Notes: a model not told the origin generated them from the sequence alone. Shown: positions 1-11,127, counted from the stretch's first letter. The stretch: 64,000 nucleotides of DNA from an uncultured Bacilli bacterium (GCA_934098705.1 CAKOPC010000002.1:26990-90989), one strand, 5' to 3'. A program made the numbers and translations.

Positions 1-1425
1 TGAACTTATAAATGAACTTGTGCTTTGTTTTACAACTTCTGTTTCATTATTTGCATTAATTTTAGGAAACTTTAAATTTACAAACAAATTAATTATAGAC
101 ATAAAAACTGGTAATATAATAGATATTAAAGTAATAAATATAGTATCCGTAATATTAACTTTATAACTTATAAAAAATATTAAATCACCTACTAAAATAG
201 ATGTTACAACAATTAAATTACTCATTATAATCTTAGATAAAAGTATTAAACTATTACTAATTGGTAAAGTCTTTAACATAGAAAAGTAACTACCTTCAAG
301 TGATATAGAAGATGATGTTATATAAGTATTACAAGAAGTAAATATTACAAAACATAAATATATTAAAGGTATATTATTAATAACTTGTACTACATCATTA
401 TTATAAAAATTAGATAAATAATTTATTAGTAAGCTTTTATTAAAACTAATAAAAATAGTAATTACTAAAAGTAAAATAATACCAAATAAAGAATTCACAA
501 ATAAGGTAGGACTTGCCAAATACTTCTTTAAATCTTTTATAACAAGAGCTTTTATTTTACTTGACTTTTCTATTTTTACTTTTTTATTTTTCTTTTTACT
601 AGTAAAAACACAAGCATTAATTATATTAAAGTAATACTTATTAGTTATTACTATAAATATTAAAACAGGTATTATATTTATTAACAATAGTTTTATAAAA
701 TCAAGTATATTAAACCTTGTAATTAGATTATTATAAAGTTTAAAATTATAGAAAATACCTACTATTAAACTATTTATTTTTTGTGCATTTAAAACAATTT
801 TATCTAAAAAACTATTTATAGAAAATGATACAAAAAATATTATTAAAGTAAATAAAAGTGATATTATTGTTTGCATTATTTTATAATTTTTAAATTTTTT
901 AGCTATAAACTTTACTAAAACTGCTAAAAATGAAGATATAACTATAGGTATTATAGGTAAAAAAAGTGTCATTAAAATAGTTATTATGTAAAATAATATA
1001 TTAGGATGCACAAAATATATATAAAGAGCATATGTTGGTAGTAAAAATAATAAGTTGTAAAGCACTTCAAATATATATAATTTTAATATTCTAACAAGAA
1101 TAATATAAGAAGTTTTAATAGGTAACGAAAATAATAAATCATCATCTTTTGAGGAAAATAAAATACCAAGTGATTTATATATTCCTTGAAGTAATGTTAA
1201 AAGTGATACTGATAAAAACATCATATTTAATATAATGTAACATGAATTAATACTATTCATTTGTTTAAAAAGCGGATATAAAATCTGTAAGAAAGCAAAC
1301 ATTATAATAAAAGCAAATATAAATACAGTAATTATTTTTCTTGTACCTTTTAAATCTTTATTTACTCTTATTAAATCCATATCCTCTGTTAAAACAGCTT
1401 TTAAAAGTGAAATAAATTTTTTCAT
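1..1425 (-). CDS. Putative ABC transporter permease, 3' part of gene runs off the window start (partial)
   Basis: Minus-strand ORF starts at ATG 1425 (MKKFISLLKAV...), directly downstream of the ABC ATPase gene. The translation is dominated by long hydrophobic runs. No conserved motif recognised. Confidence 0.4.
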   Translation of the reverse strand, partial: MKKFISLLKAVLTEDMDLIRVNKDLKGTRKIITVFIFAFIIMFAFLQILYPLFKQMNSINSCYIILNMMFLSVSLLTLLQGIYKSLGILFSSKDDDLLFSLPIKTSYIILVRILKLYIFEVLYNLLFLLPTYALYIYFVHPNILFYIITILMTLFLPIIPIVISSFLAVLVKFIAKKFKNYKIMQTIISLLFTLIIFFVSFSINSFLDKIVLNAQKINSLIVGIFYNFKLYNNLITRFNILDFIKLLLINIIPVLIFIVITNKYYFNIINACVFTSKKKNKKVKIEKSSKIKALVIKDLKKYLASPTLFVNSLFGIILLLVITIFISFNKSLLINYLSNFYNNDVVQVINNIPLIYLCFVIFTSCNTYITSSSISLEGSYFSMLKTLPISNSLILLSKIIMSNLIVVTSILVGDLIFFISYKVNITDTIFITLISIILPVFMSIINLFVNLKFPKINANNETEVVKQSTSSFISS

Positions 1426-1427
1426 AA

Positions 1428-2135
1428 CTACTTTTCAATCTCCAAAAATACTTCTTCCAAAGATTCATCACTTACAACATCTTCCATATTACCTGATACA
1501 ACTAATTTACCATGTTTTATAATAGCAACTTTAGTACATAACTTTTCCGCAACTTCTAAAATATGAGTTGAGAAAAAAACTATCTTGCCACTTTTACTAA
1601 ATTCCCTTAATACTTCTTTTAAATCAAATACTGCCTTAGGATCAAGTCCAACAAAAGGTTCATCCATAATTAAAACTAAAGGCTCATGACAAAGTGCTGA
1701 AACTATTAATACCTTTTGTTTCATACCATGAGAAAATGAAGCTATTTCATCATTTAATCTATCTTCTATATTAAACATTTTAGCATATTTCTCTATATTT
1801 TTACGTCTTACATCACCTGGAACTTCATACATATCACATACAAAATTGATATAGTTAATAGCAGTCATATTTTCATATAAAATTGGATTATCAGGCACAT
1901 ATGCAATTTGTTTTTTTACCTTAAGAGGGTCATTTTTAATTGATGCACCATTAACTAAAATATCACCATCATCAAAAGGTATAATACCACAAATTGATTT
2001 TATAGTAGTAGTTTTTCCTGCCCCATTAGGGCCAATAAAACCAAATATACAACCATCATCTACTGTAAGTGATAGATTGTCTATAATCTTTTTATCCTTT
2101 TTATAAGATTTTGTAAAATTTTTAATTTCTATCAT
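1428..2135 (-). CDS. ABC transporter ATP-binding protein
   Basis: Walker A GPNGAGKTT, ABC signature-like SHGMKQK, Walker B LIMDEPFVGLD, H-loop STHIL; 235 aa. Confidence 0.9.
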   Translation of the reverse strand: MIEIKNFTKSYKKDKKIIDNLSLTVDDGCIFGFIGPNGAGKTTTIKSICGIIPFDDGDILVNGASIKNDPLKVKKQIAYVPDNPILYENMTAINYINFVCDMYEVPGDVRRKNIEKYAKMFNIEDRLNDEIASFSHGMKQKVLIVSALCHEPLVLIMDEPFVGLDPKAVFDLKEVLREFSKSGKIVFFSTHILEVAEKLCTKVAIIKHGKLVVSGNMEDVVSDESLEEVFLEIEK

Positions 2136-2198
2136 ATAATATCCTCCCTAAAAATATATAATAAGACAAAAAGAATAATGAAATAAATCACTATTCTC

Positions 2199-2840
2199 TT
2201 AATACATTTTTATAACTTCCAATTTTTTATCATTATCTTTTGCATGAACTAAAACAACAGTAACTTCAGTTGGATACCCTAAATCCTTTTCATATGTTAC
2301 TAAAACATTAACTTTATAAGCCTTTTCATCATCAATATCTTCATACTTATAAGTTGTTTCTGTAACATCTTTTACTTCTACATCCTTTACAACTGGTAAC
2401 TCTTGTTTTCTATTTCCATATACATTATGTTCTATATATTTATAAACTGTTTCACTAGCTTCCAAAATAAAATTCTTTTGTTGATCTTGTCTTACATATT
2501 GCACTCCACCTATATCGTTTTTTGATATTTTGTTATTAAGATTATAAAAATCACAAACTATAAGTTGTGCAACATATGATGCATAAGCTTGTTCATCTAT
2601 TTTTTCTTTTTTTAATTCTTTGCTTAATTCATTGTATAATTTTTTATAAAGAGCTGTTTGATCTTCCTCAAGTTCATACCCATATTCCTTAATTGTATCA
2701 ACCACTTTTGGTTTTGCAATAATTGTTGTTTTTTTAAAAAATCTCTTATAACCTAAATACATAATACCTAAAACAGCAATAACTACAACTACGATGATAG
2801 CAATATTAATTTTTTTTCTTATACTTTTCTTTAGTTTCAT
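2199..2840 (-). CDS. Hypothetical membrane-anchored protein
   Basis: Single N-terminal hydrophobic helix (IAIIVVVVIAVLGIMYLGY) followed by a charged Lys/Glu-rich domain; no recognisable motif. Confidence 0.45.
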   Translation of the reverse strand: MKLKKSIRKKINIAIIVVVVIAVLGIMYLGYKRFFKKTTIIAKPKVVDTIKEYGYELEEDQTALYKKLYNELSKELKKEKIDEQAYASYVAQLIVCDFYNLNNKISKNDIGGVQYVRQDQQKNFILEASETVYKYIEHNVYGNRKQELPVVKDVEVKDVTETTYKYEDIDDEKAYKVNVLVTYEKDLGYPTEVTVVLVHAKDNDKKLEVIKMY

Positions 2841-2844
2841 ACCT

Positions 2845-4857
2845 TTACTCTCCTATCTCATTTTCATTTTTATATTTCTCATCCTTATTAAAGTAATCAT
2901 ATACAACAATACTATTAGAAATATCAAGTATTTCATCAGTGTATTCTTTACACGACTTTATATAATCTTCTTTAATAGGAACATCTTCTAACAACTTATA
3001 CTCATTTTTACTATCATTATAATATACCTTATCTGTTATAAAATTACCATTTGGAAAAGCAACTATACTTTCATTTTTAGAAAATAAATCACTTCCAAGA
3101 GCATATGGATTATTAAATCCCAGCATATTTAAGATAGTAGGAGAAATATCAATCATACCCGATACTCTAGATATTACCTCACTATAATTTTTCTTAAAAT
3201 CCTCATCTTTAGAATATATTATAAAAGGCACTCTTCTATTAATTTCATACCAGTAATAATCAATATTTTTATATCTTTCATCATATTCCTCAAAAACGTC
3301 TTCTGTCTCATAGTTATAGTTATAATAATAATTCCACTCATCCTTTTCAATTCTTGCATCATGATCTCCATAAATTATTATAACTGTATTATCAAGTATT
3401 CCTTCCTTATCAAGCATATCAATAAACATACCAATTTGTTTATCTGCATAATGTGCTGATTTAAAGTAATTACCAAGTTTAGTCCCCTCAAGATATGGAT
3501 ATGTAATACCATCAACAGTTAAAGTAACAGGAAAGTCGCCATACTTATCAGTATCTTCAAAAGGAGTATGATTACTTAACGTAATTATTGTACCATAAAA
3601 ATTAGTATTTGTTAAAGAGATTTCTTTAATTTTTTTAACAGCTTGAGAAAGAAAAGATTTATCACTCAGTCCAAAACCTATTTTTTCATCTATAACAAAA
3701 GAGTTTTTATCATAAAACTTTTGATAACCTAAAGATTTATACATATTATTTCTATTCCAAAACTCTCCCGTATTAGCATGCATAGAAAAAGTATAATATC
3801 CATTTTCGTTAAGTATTTTATACATTGAATTGTAACTTCTATTAGCATAATTTATAAAAGCTGTACCAATTTTAACAGGCATCATAGAAGTAGCAACTAA
3901 AAACTCTGTATCACTTGATGTTCCAATACTAACTTGTGAATAAAAATTATTAAAGAAAATACCATCACTTGCAAGTTTTTTTAAATTAGGAGTAACATCT
4001 TTTCCATTAAAATTTGCCTCCATAGCAAGTGTTTGCATACTTTCAGCATGAATTGCTATAACATTTTTACCCTTAAATATATTAGAATATTTATTTTTAG
4101 AAGTCGTATTACCTTTATATTTATAATAATTATCTATCTTTTTATTAGCCTTATCACTACCAAAAAGTGGTGCAACATTTGGAGAAATACTTGTTACAAT
4201 ATCATTTAACTGATAAAGATAAACTCCAAATTTAGTAACTGAATATTCCCTATTCCACTGATTATAAAATCTACCATAATCAACTAAATCAAGTCCCAAA
4301 ATAAGTAATAAAAGAGAAACAGCAAAATTAATATAATTAATCTGTATACATCTTTTTTTAGGTAATAAAGTATCTATTTTTTTATCATTTATTTTTGATT
4401 TTAATAACTTTTTATTATTTGGTATATTCTTATGAAAAACAAACATAAATATAGGAAACCATAAAAGTATAAAGTATGAAGGACGTAAAAGATTACCAAC
4501 AACATTAGCATCACCAGTTTCAGTATTTGTAAAAGCAAATGAGGCAAATGTTACTGATATAAAGCTATCATAATAACTATAATATACAATATTAGCAATA
4601 CCAATTATAGAAAATATAATAGTTAAAGTATAAATATATTTAAATCTATTTTTAGGTTTTATAACAAAATATAATCCACTAAAAAGGAAAATAGCAATTA
4701 AATCCCCAAATATTGGAGATAAACTAAATATATTTTTAACAGTTAACATCCTAACAATTATTTCATTTATTAAACATCCAAATATAAAACAAGTAAGTAA
4801 TTTTTCATCTTTCATTAACTTTAATAAATCATTAAAATATTCCTTTATCTTTTTCAT
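2845..4857 (-). CDS. LtaS-family sulfatase-domain protein (lipoteichoic acid synthase / phosphoglycerol transferase-like)
   Basis: 670 aa. N-terminal polytopic segment (~5 TM helices) followed by a large extracytoplasmic alkaline-phosphatase-superfamily domain (VIAIHAESMQ..., GDHD near the C-terminal part), the architecture typical of LtaS. Confidence 0.7.
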   Translation of the reverse strand: MKKIKEYFNDLLKLMKDEKLLTCFIFGCLINEIIVRMLTVKNIFSLSPIFGDLIAIFLFSGLYFVIKPKNRFKYIYTLTIIFSIIGIANIVYYSYYDSFISVTFASFAFTNTETGDANVVGNLLRPSYFILLWFPIFMFVFHKNIPNNKKLLKSKINDKKIDTLLPKKRCIQINYINFAVSLLLLILGLDLVDYGRFYNQWNREYSVTKFGVYLYQLNDIVTSISPNVAPLFGSDKANKKIDNYYKYKGNTTSKNKYSNIFKGKNVIAIHAESMQTLAMEANFNGKDVTPNLKKLASDGIFFNNFYSQVSIGTSSDTEFLVATSMMPVKIGTAFINYANRSYNSMYKILNENGYYTFSMHANTGEFWNRNNMYKSLGYQKFYDKNSFVIDEKIGFGLSDKSFLSQAVKKIKEISLTNTNFYGTIITLSNHTPFEDTDKYGDFPVTLTVDGITYPYLEGTKLGNYFKSAHYADKQIGMFIDMLDKEGILDNTVIIIYGDHDARIEKDEWNYYYNYNYETEDVFEEYDERYKNIDYYWYEINRRVPFIIYSKDEDFKKNYSEVISRVSGMIDISPTILNMLGFNNPYALGSDLFSKNESIVAFPNGNFITDKVYYNDSKNEYKLLEDVPIKEDYIKSCKEYTDEILDISNSIVVYDYFNKDEKYKNENEIGE

Positions 4858-5663
4858 AACTTCTTCTCCTTACCAAGGTTATATTTATTAATATTTATAG
4901 CCATACCTACAACAAAAAGATAAGCAATTAAATAAATCCACAAAAGAAGTATTAAAATATTAGCAAAATTACCATACAAAACATTATATTTAGCAATATT
5001 TGTTATATAAAATGAAAATATCTCTGTTGCTATAACCCAGCTTACTGTTGTAAAAATAGCACCAAGTGTTGTTTCTTCACTTTTTATTTCCTTACTAGGA
5101 GCCATTGTATACAAAAGTTTAATAGCTAAATAAATAAAAGTAAATGTTACAATAACCTTTATAAATTTTATAATACCAAGATAATTTTGAATATTAATAT
5201 ATTTTGTTAAATAATTTAATATAACATTACCAAGAATTGGAATAAATATCATAAATACAAGTAAAGTTATTAAAACAAAAGTCATAAATAAGGACTTTAA
5301 AGTTATTCTTAATACACTATTCTCTTTTATTTTATATAAATTATTAGAAGTTATTATAATTGATTTAGGTCCATTAATAGCCATAAAGAAATAGGCAAAA
5401 AAGAAAAATATTGCACTATTTCCATAAGATGAAGTACAAAATGGAATAATTATAGAAGCTAAGTTATCAGGAAGGTATGTATATATAAGATTAGTAAGAT
5501 TAAAACTTTCAATAAAATGAGATACTATAATAGCACAAATAGCAAGTATTGGCACAAAAGACATTATAATATAAAATGCTAATTGTCCTGGCAATACTTG
5601 CATCTCTGGCAACATAATAATTTTTTTAAATTCTTTATATATTCTTTTTATTTCACTTTTCAT
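4854..5663 (-). CDS. YihY/BrkB family polytopic membrane protein
   Basis: 269 aa, ~6 TM helices; N-terminal region MQVLPGQLAFYIIMSFVPIL resembles the YihY (misnamed RNase BN) family; 4-bp overlap with the downstream gene. Confidence 0.6.
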   Translation of the reverse strand: MKSEIKRIYKEFKKIIMLPEMQVLPGQLAFYIIMSFVPILAICAIIVSHFIESFNLTNLIYTYLPDNLASIIIPFCTSSYGNSAIFFFFAYFFMAINGPKSIIITSNNLYKIKENSVLRITLKSLFMTFVLITLLVFMIFIPILGNVILNYLTKYINIQNYLGIIKFIKVIVTFTFIYLAIKLLYTMAPSKEIKSEETTLGAIFTTVSWVIATEIFSFYITNIAKYNVLYGNFANILILLLWIYLIAYLFVVGMAININKYNLGKEKKL

Positions 5664-5666
5664 AAC

Positions 5667-7757
5667 TTATCTATAATTCTTTTCTTTATCCATACGCATT
5701 TCAATAGTAGCTTCATTTATAGCATCATCTACTGTTTTTATTTCATCATCAATCATACTATAACCAATAGCAGCTCCAAATCCATATGGTAACTTATCAA
5801 ATTCCTTAGAAAGTTTTGACAAATAACTATTTATTTGTGTTTTACTATAACCAATTAAATATATTAAAAACTCATTTCCATCTGTTCTTATAATATCGCT
5901 TTTCTCAAGTTGATTATTGATTAATATAGCAGCAGCCTTTTTAATTAACTCATTACCTTCCTCATGTCCATAATTATCATTAACATATTTTAAATTATTT
6001 AAATCAATCATAACAATAGTTCTTGGATATATCTTAGTATTATCCCAGTTATTTATATTATCATTTAAATAATTTCTATTCTTTAAATTAGTTAGCATAT
6101 CATTATATCTTAATACATTTTCTTTCTTTGTAATCTTAACATTTTTAGAATTTTTAAGTAATAACATAACAACAAATATTATAATAATAGGACATAATAT
6201 AATACCAACAACTATCATATAAATACCTTTAAAGCTACCTTCTGTTTCATTAACATTAATTAATTCATTTAAAGCCTCTATTTTATATTCATCATAATTT
6301 GTATTATATAAAACAAAATCTATTAAATTATATAAAACATCTTCACTTTGTTTAACAACAAATTTATTTGCTCCAACAAAACTATCACTAAATAGATATT
6401 TATATTGTTTTAATGTATCATCTTTTAAAAGTAAATAATCATTTTTATCAAGTAAAAGTATACCATCACTACTTATTTGTTTATTATAACTTGTTATTGT
6501 TTTAATACTACTATTTATATTTTTACTAACATAATCATATAAATATCCATCTTTCATTAAATATAATTTATTATTAACAAGACCATATTTATTATTTATA
6601 TCATAATATTTATTTGCTAAACAAGCAAATTCTTCCTTAATAGCAGAATTAGTATTTAAATAATTACTATTATCATAAGCAAAATCAACATAAGCCATAT
6701 CAAGTTTACCACTATCTAATGCTTTCTTTAATTCATCTACTGATTTATACTCTATATATTCAAACTCTATATCAGTCATATTAATAAGAGTTTCAATGTA
6801 TTTACCAGCAATACCATATAATTTATTATTTTTCAAAGTATTATAAGCATTATCTTTAGTAAAACCATATTTATAAACCCTTTTATTTAATGTTGACTTT
6901 GATATTTCAGTAAAGTTTTTATTAGCACTATAAAACTTTAATAAATTCTTGTCAAAACTTAAAGTCATTTTATTTTCTTTATAATTATTTAAAAGTTTCT
7001 CTATAATAGTATTTAATTTTTCATTATTACCAAGTCTTAATACATATTTATCTTCTAAATCTCCAATTACATAATTAGCATATAAAGAATTATTTGTTAT
7101 AACATCTAAATAACTATATCTTGGTAAAATAATATATGATAAAGTAGCATTATTTAAATCAGCAATTAAATCTTCTGCATTATTATAAGTTTTTAAAGAA
7201 ATACCTTTATTTTGTAAATAAGTATTTATAAAAGTTTCATCATCTTTTAAAATGCCAACATTTTTTTTTGATAATTCACTTACATCTTTTATATCTTCAA
7301 GTGTTTTACCTAAAACAACATATTTATCAGCAAGCATTAAAGTATCATTATCTAAAATAGCATCAGTTGGCTTTAATAAAGCAATAGATAATCCATCATA
7401 ATTTACTGAAGATGTATAGTTATATGGCATTTTATTAAAGGAAAGTCCAACACTTTCTGTTACATAATCTAAAAAGTCAAATATAACGCCATCCCCTTCT
7501 TTAGCATATATGTAAGTATCATTAGGAACATTTATATCAACTAAAACAGATTTATTACTTTCAACCCATTGCTTTTCTAAAAGAGTTAAATTATTATCTT
7601 CATCTTCAACAGTTAAAAAATAATAAATAATTCCTGCAACAGATAAAATAACAATTATTGCAATTAAAAGTTTAAAAATAAGTCCCTTTACATTCTTTTT
7701 CTTTTTTCTTAATTTCATAAAAGTATTACTCCTTATCTTTGTTATCATCTTTTTCAT
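5667..7757 (-). CDS. Membrane sensor protein with large extracytoplasmic domain and C-terminal degenerate GGDEF domain
   Basis: N-terminal TM helix, ~480-aa extracytoplasmic region (solute-binding-protein-like), a second TM, then a GGDEF-type domain (YGHEEGNELIKKAAAIL...IIRTDGNEFLIYL). The signature reads DGNEF instead of GG(D/E)EF. Confidence 0.6.
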   Translation of the reverse strand: MKKMITKIRSNTFMKLRKKKKNVKGLIFKLLIAIIVILSVAGIIYYFLTVEDEDNNLTLLEKQWVESNKSVLVDINVPNDTYIYAKEGDGVIFDFLDYVTESVGLSFNKMPYNYTSSVNYDGLSIALLKPTDAILDNDTLMLADKYVVLGKTLEDIKDVSELSKKNVGILKDDETFINTYLQNKGISLKTYNNAEDLIADLNNATLSYIILPRYSYLDVITNNSLYANYVIGDLEDKYVLRLGNNEKLNTIIEKLLNNYKENKMTLSFDKNLLKFYSANKNFTEISKSTLNKRVYKYGFTKDNAYNTLKNNKLYGIAGKYIETLINMTDIEFEYIEYKSVDELKKALDSGKLDMAYVDFAYDNSNYLNTNSAIKEEFACLANKYYDINNKYGLVNNKLYLMKDGYLYDYVSKNINSSIKTITSYNKQISSDGILLLDKNDYLLLKDDTLKQYKYLFSDSFVGANKFVVKQSEDVLYNLIDFVLYNTNYDEYKIEALNELINVNETEGSFKGIYMIVVGIILCPIIIIFVVMLLLKNSKNVKITKKENVLRYNDMLTNLKNRNYLNDNINNWDNTKIYPRTIVMIDLNNLKYVNDNYGHEEGNELIKKAAAILINNQLEKSDIIRTDGNEFLIYLIGYSKTQINSYLSKLSKEFDKLPYGFGAAIGYSMIDDEIKTVDDAINEATIEMRMDKEKNYR

Positions 7758-8223
7758 ATGTTGCAGATGTATACTTAAAATTACTACTGTTTTTATTTAA
7801 GTATCCAATAGTAGGATAACCATCTACATTTTCACCATTAATATTTAAAAATACTTGAATATCATAGAACTTCTTTTGCTCTTCTTTTATATCACTAACA
7901 ATAATAGATGTTAGCTTTTTACTATCATCAAGTTTTGTATCATCCTTTACTGTTATATGAACATTTAATATTCTTCCCTTTATATTATATGATGCCGTAT
8001 CTACTATTTCTTCCTCTTTTAATTTAGATATTATAGTATTCATCTCATCATCAGTTATTTTTACCTTTGAAATACCATCTAATCTATTACCATATAAAGG
8101 TTTTCCACTACCTGCAAACATTAAATTATATAAAACACCACAAACAATAGCGATAAAAGTAAATGCAACTATTCCAATAGAAGTATATTTGTTTTCTTTA
8201 ATTATTTTTTTTATATTTTCCAT
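7726..8223 (-). CDS. Hypothetical membrane-anchored protein
   Basis: 165 aa, one N-terminal TM helix, then a soluble domain; no motif recognised. Confidence 0.4.
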   Translation of the reverse strand: MENIKKIIKENKYTSIGIVAFTFIAIVCGVLYNLMFAGSGKPLYGNRLDGISKVKITDDEMNTIISKLKEEEIVDTASYNIKGRILNVHITVKDDTKLDDSKKLTSIIVSDIKEEQKKFYDIQVFLNINGENVDGYPTIGYLNKNSSNFKYTSATYEKDDNKDKE

Positions 8224-8278
8224 AAATTCAAAACTCCTTATTCTATAAATAGTATTATAACTTATATTATAGATTTTA

Positions 8279-9700
8279 TCAATTTACATCTTTTGACAGT
8301 AAATCTTTTAACAATTTATTTACAATAACAGGATTAGCACTACCTTTAGTTTCTTTCATTACCATACCCATAAGATACTTAAAGGCATTATCTTTACCAT
8401 TTTTATAATCATTTACAGAAGCTTTATTTTCATCTAATACCTTAGTAACAACTTTCATAAGTTCATCACTATTACTAACTAAAGATATATTATTTTTCTT
8501 TAAGATTTCATCTAAACTTAAATCACTCTCCATTAAGTCTTGTAAAATATCTTTAAAGTTTTTACTTGATAACTTTCCACTATCTAAATAATTAACAATA
8601 TCTATAAATTTACTATCTATTTTAGTATCATATACTGAAAGTTTATTCTTATTTAAATATGATGTTATATCTCCAAGTAATATATTACTAGCTATTTTTA
8701 AATTAATATTCTTATCTATAAATTTATTTAGATAATCACTTAAATCCTTATTAGCAATTAATTTTTCTATATTAACATTTGATATACCATTATTTGTATA
8801 TATTTCTCTTCTTTCACTAGGAAGCATTACTATATCTTTTTTAACGTTTTCTATATATGAATCCTCTAATACAACATAAGGAATATCAGGTTCTGGAATA
8901 TATCTATAATCATTACCAACTTCCTTTTTTCTCATAGAAACAGTTGTATTTAACTTAGAATCAAATCTTCTAGTTTCTGGTATTAAAGTGCCTCCTCCTT
9001 CTAAAATATCAATTTGTCTTTTTATTTCCTCATTAATAGCAGTTCCAACATCTTTTATAGAACCAATATTTTTAACTTCACATTTAGTACCTAAAGTATC
9101 AGTCTTAGAAACAGAAACATTTACATCAGCTCTCATAGAACCTTCCTCAATTTTACAATCACTAACACCAAGATAAAGCATTAATTCTCTTAAATTTTCA
9201 AGATAAGACATAGCATCACTACTTGATGTTATACAAGGTTTAGTAACAATTTCAATAAGAGGAACACCACTTCTATTATAATTTAAAAGTGTATACCCAT
9301 TTACATGTAAACTTTTACAAGTATCTTCTTCAATATGCATCTCTTCAATTAAAACGTACTTATCATCACCTATTTTAAGTTTTCCATTAACTCCAATAGG
9401 AGTTTCATTTTGTGTTATTTGATAACCCTTTGGTAAATCAGGATAATAATAACACTTTCTATCAAAATGCATACGTTTATTTATAGTACAATTAAGAGCA
9501 AGACAAGCCTTTAAAGCTTTATATATAACCTCTTTATTTAAACTAGGTAAAACACCAGGCATACCAAGGTCAATTATATTTACATGTCTATTTACAGAAT
9601 CACTATAACCATTTACAGAAGGAGAAAATATTTTAGTTTTTGACATTACCTCAATATGTACTTCAATTCCTATCGTAGGAGTATAATCTTTATTCATCAT
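8279..9700 (-). CDS. gatB: Asp-tRNA(Asn)/Glu-tRNA(Gln) amidotransferase subunit B
   Basis: 473 aa. N-terminus YTPTIGIEVHIEV is typical GatB; sits in a gatC-gatA-gatB operon with 1-bp overlap with gatA. Confidence 0.9.
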   Translation of the reverse strand: MMNKDYTPTIGIEVHIEVMSKTKIFSPSVNGYSDSVNRHVNIIDLGMPGVLPSLNKEVIYKALKACLALNCTINKRMHFDRKCYYYPDLPKGYQITQNETPIGVNGKLKIGDDKYVLIEEMHIEEDTCKSLHVNGYTLLNYNRSGVPLIEIVTKPCITSSSDAMSYLENLRELMLYLGVSDCKIEEGSMRADVNVSVSKTDTLGTKCEVKNIGSIKDVGTAINEEIKRQIDILEGGGTLIPETRRFDSKLNTTVSMRKKEVGNDYRYIPEPDIPYVVLEDSYIENVKKDIVMLPSERREIYTNNGISNVNIEKLIANKDLSDYLNKFIDKNINLKIASNILLGDITSYLNKNKLSVYDTKIDSKFIDIVNYLDSGKLSSKNFKDILQDLMESDLSLDEILKKNNISLVSNSDELMKVVTKVLDENKASVNDYKNGKDNAFKYLMGMVMKETKGSANPVIVNKLLKDLLSKDVN

Positions 9701-11127
9701 TACTTAACCTCCTTGGTAGCATTCTCAATAAATGCTGCAAGTTTATAAATATCTTGTTCGCAAAACTTATTACCAATAATTTGCATACCTATTGGTAACT
9801 TATCAAGCTTGCCAATAGGAAGTGATAAAGCAGGTAAACCAGCCATATTAACAGGTATTGTTAATAAATCATCCATAAACCCTTTATTAGCATCATTTCT
9901 ATACTCATCAAGTTTGCAAGGGAAAGATGTAGTAACAGGTCCAATTATTAAATCATAAGAGTTAAAAGCCTTATCAAACTCACACTTCATAGCATTCCTT
10001 ATTCTTAATGCCTTGTCATAATATGTTTTAGCATTAGCACCACTTAATAAATATGAACCAATCATCATCCTTCTTTTAACTTCCTTACCAAAGCCACGAC
10101 TTCTTGACTTCTTAAAAGTTTCAGTTATATTGGTTGCATCACTACTACTATAACCATATTTTATGCCATCAAAACGAGCTAAATTACTACTTGCTTCCCC
10201 AAGAGCAATTACCTGATATAAACAAACAGCATCTTCAAGATACTTAATATCAATAATATCAACAGTGGCCCCATTTTTCTTTAAAATATCAACAACCTTA
10301 AATAAAGCATTTTTAATATTTTCATCAACAACAGAACTTATATAAAAACTTGGAATAGCAATTCTCATATTAGCAATATTATCTCCAATTTTAGCAGTAA
10401 AGTCAGTAGTAGGAGTTTTAATATTAGTTAAATCTCTTTCATCTTTCTCACACAAAATATTAAGTAATAAAGCATTTTCATAAACATTTCTTGAAATAGG
10501 ACCAATTTGATCTAATGAAGATGAAAAAGCAATAAGGCCAAACCTTGATACTCTTCCATATGTAGGTTTTAAACCAACAACACCACAATATGAAGAAGGT
10601 TGTCTTATAGAACCACCAGTATCACTACCAAGAGATAAAGGTACAATATTTGCAGAAACACAAGCAGCACTACCACCTGATGAACCACCAGGTATACGTG
10701 TTTTATCAAGTGGATTTAAAACAGGTCCATAATAACTAGTTCTGTTAGAAGAACCCATAGCAAACTCATCCATATTACATTTACCTATAATAACCATATT
10801 ATTTTTATTAATAAGATCAACAACAAAAGCATCATAAATAGGATTAAAATTAGAAAGAATTAAAGAAGCACAGGTAGTTCTTAAATGCTTAGTTACAATA
10901 TTATCCTTAATAGCTATAGGAATACCAAATAAAATGTTTGAAACCTCCATTTTATCAAGTTCACTTGCCCTTTTCAAAGCCTCCTCTTTATTTAAAGTTA
11001 TAAAACAATTTAAATCTTTATTTTCCTCTACTCTTAAAAAAGCTTCATTAACTAAATCAGTAACTGTAACCTTTTTTTCTTTTAATAATTTATTAATCTC
11101 AACTATTGGTAAATCTAAAAATCTCAT
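9700..11127 (-). CDS. gatA: Glutamyl-tRNA(Gln) amidotransferase subunit A (amidase signature family)
   Basis: 475 aa. Amidase signature GGSSGGSAA with the Ser-cisSer-Lys context (KDNI...GGSSGGS); overlaps gatC and gatB by 1 bp each. Confidence 0.9.
   Translation of the reverse strand: MRFLDLPIVEINKLLKEKKVTVTDLVNEAFLRVEENKDLNCFITLNKEEALKRASELDKMEVSNILFGIPIAIKDNIVTKHLRTTCASLILSNFNPIYDAFVVDLINKNNMVIIGKCNMDEFAMGSSNRTSYYGPVLNPLDKTRIPGGSSGGSAACVSANIVPLSLGSDTGGSIRQPSSYCGVVGLKPTYGRVSRFGLIAFSSSLDQIGPISRNVYENALLLNILCEKDERDLTNIKTPTTDFTAKIGDNIANMRIAIPSFYISSVVDENIKNALFKVVDILKKNGATVDIIDIKYLEDAVCLYQVIALGEASSNLARFDGIKYGYSSSDATNITETFKKSRSRGFGKEVKRRMMIGSYLLSGANAKTYYDKALRIRNAMKCEFDKAFNSYDLIIGPVTTSFPCKLDEYRNDANKGFMDDLLTIPVNMAGLPALSLPIGKLDKLPIGMQIIGNKFCEQDIYKLAAFIENATKEVK

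Noticed and set aside
2794-2991. 65-aa plus-strand ORF overlapping the 3' end of the LtaS-like gene and its neighbour
   Set aside because: Ile/Phe/Leu-only low-complexity translation of the antisense strand of AT-rich coding DNA; no RBS; typical shadow ORF.
5583-5792. 69-aa plus-strand ORF antisense to the YihY / GGDEF gene junction
   Set aside because: Shadow ORF on the opposite strand of two confidently called genes; composition artefact.
8988-9176. 62-aa ORF antisense within gatB
   Set aside because: Lies entirely inside a highly conserved gene on the other strand; no translation signals.
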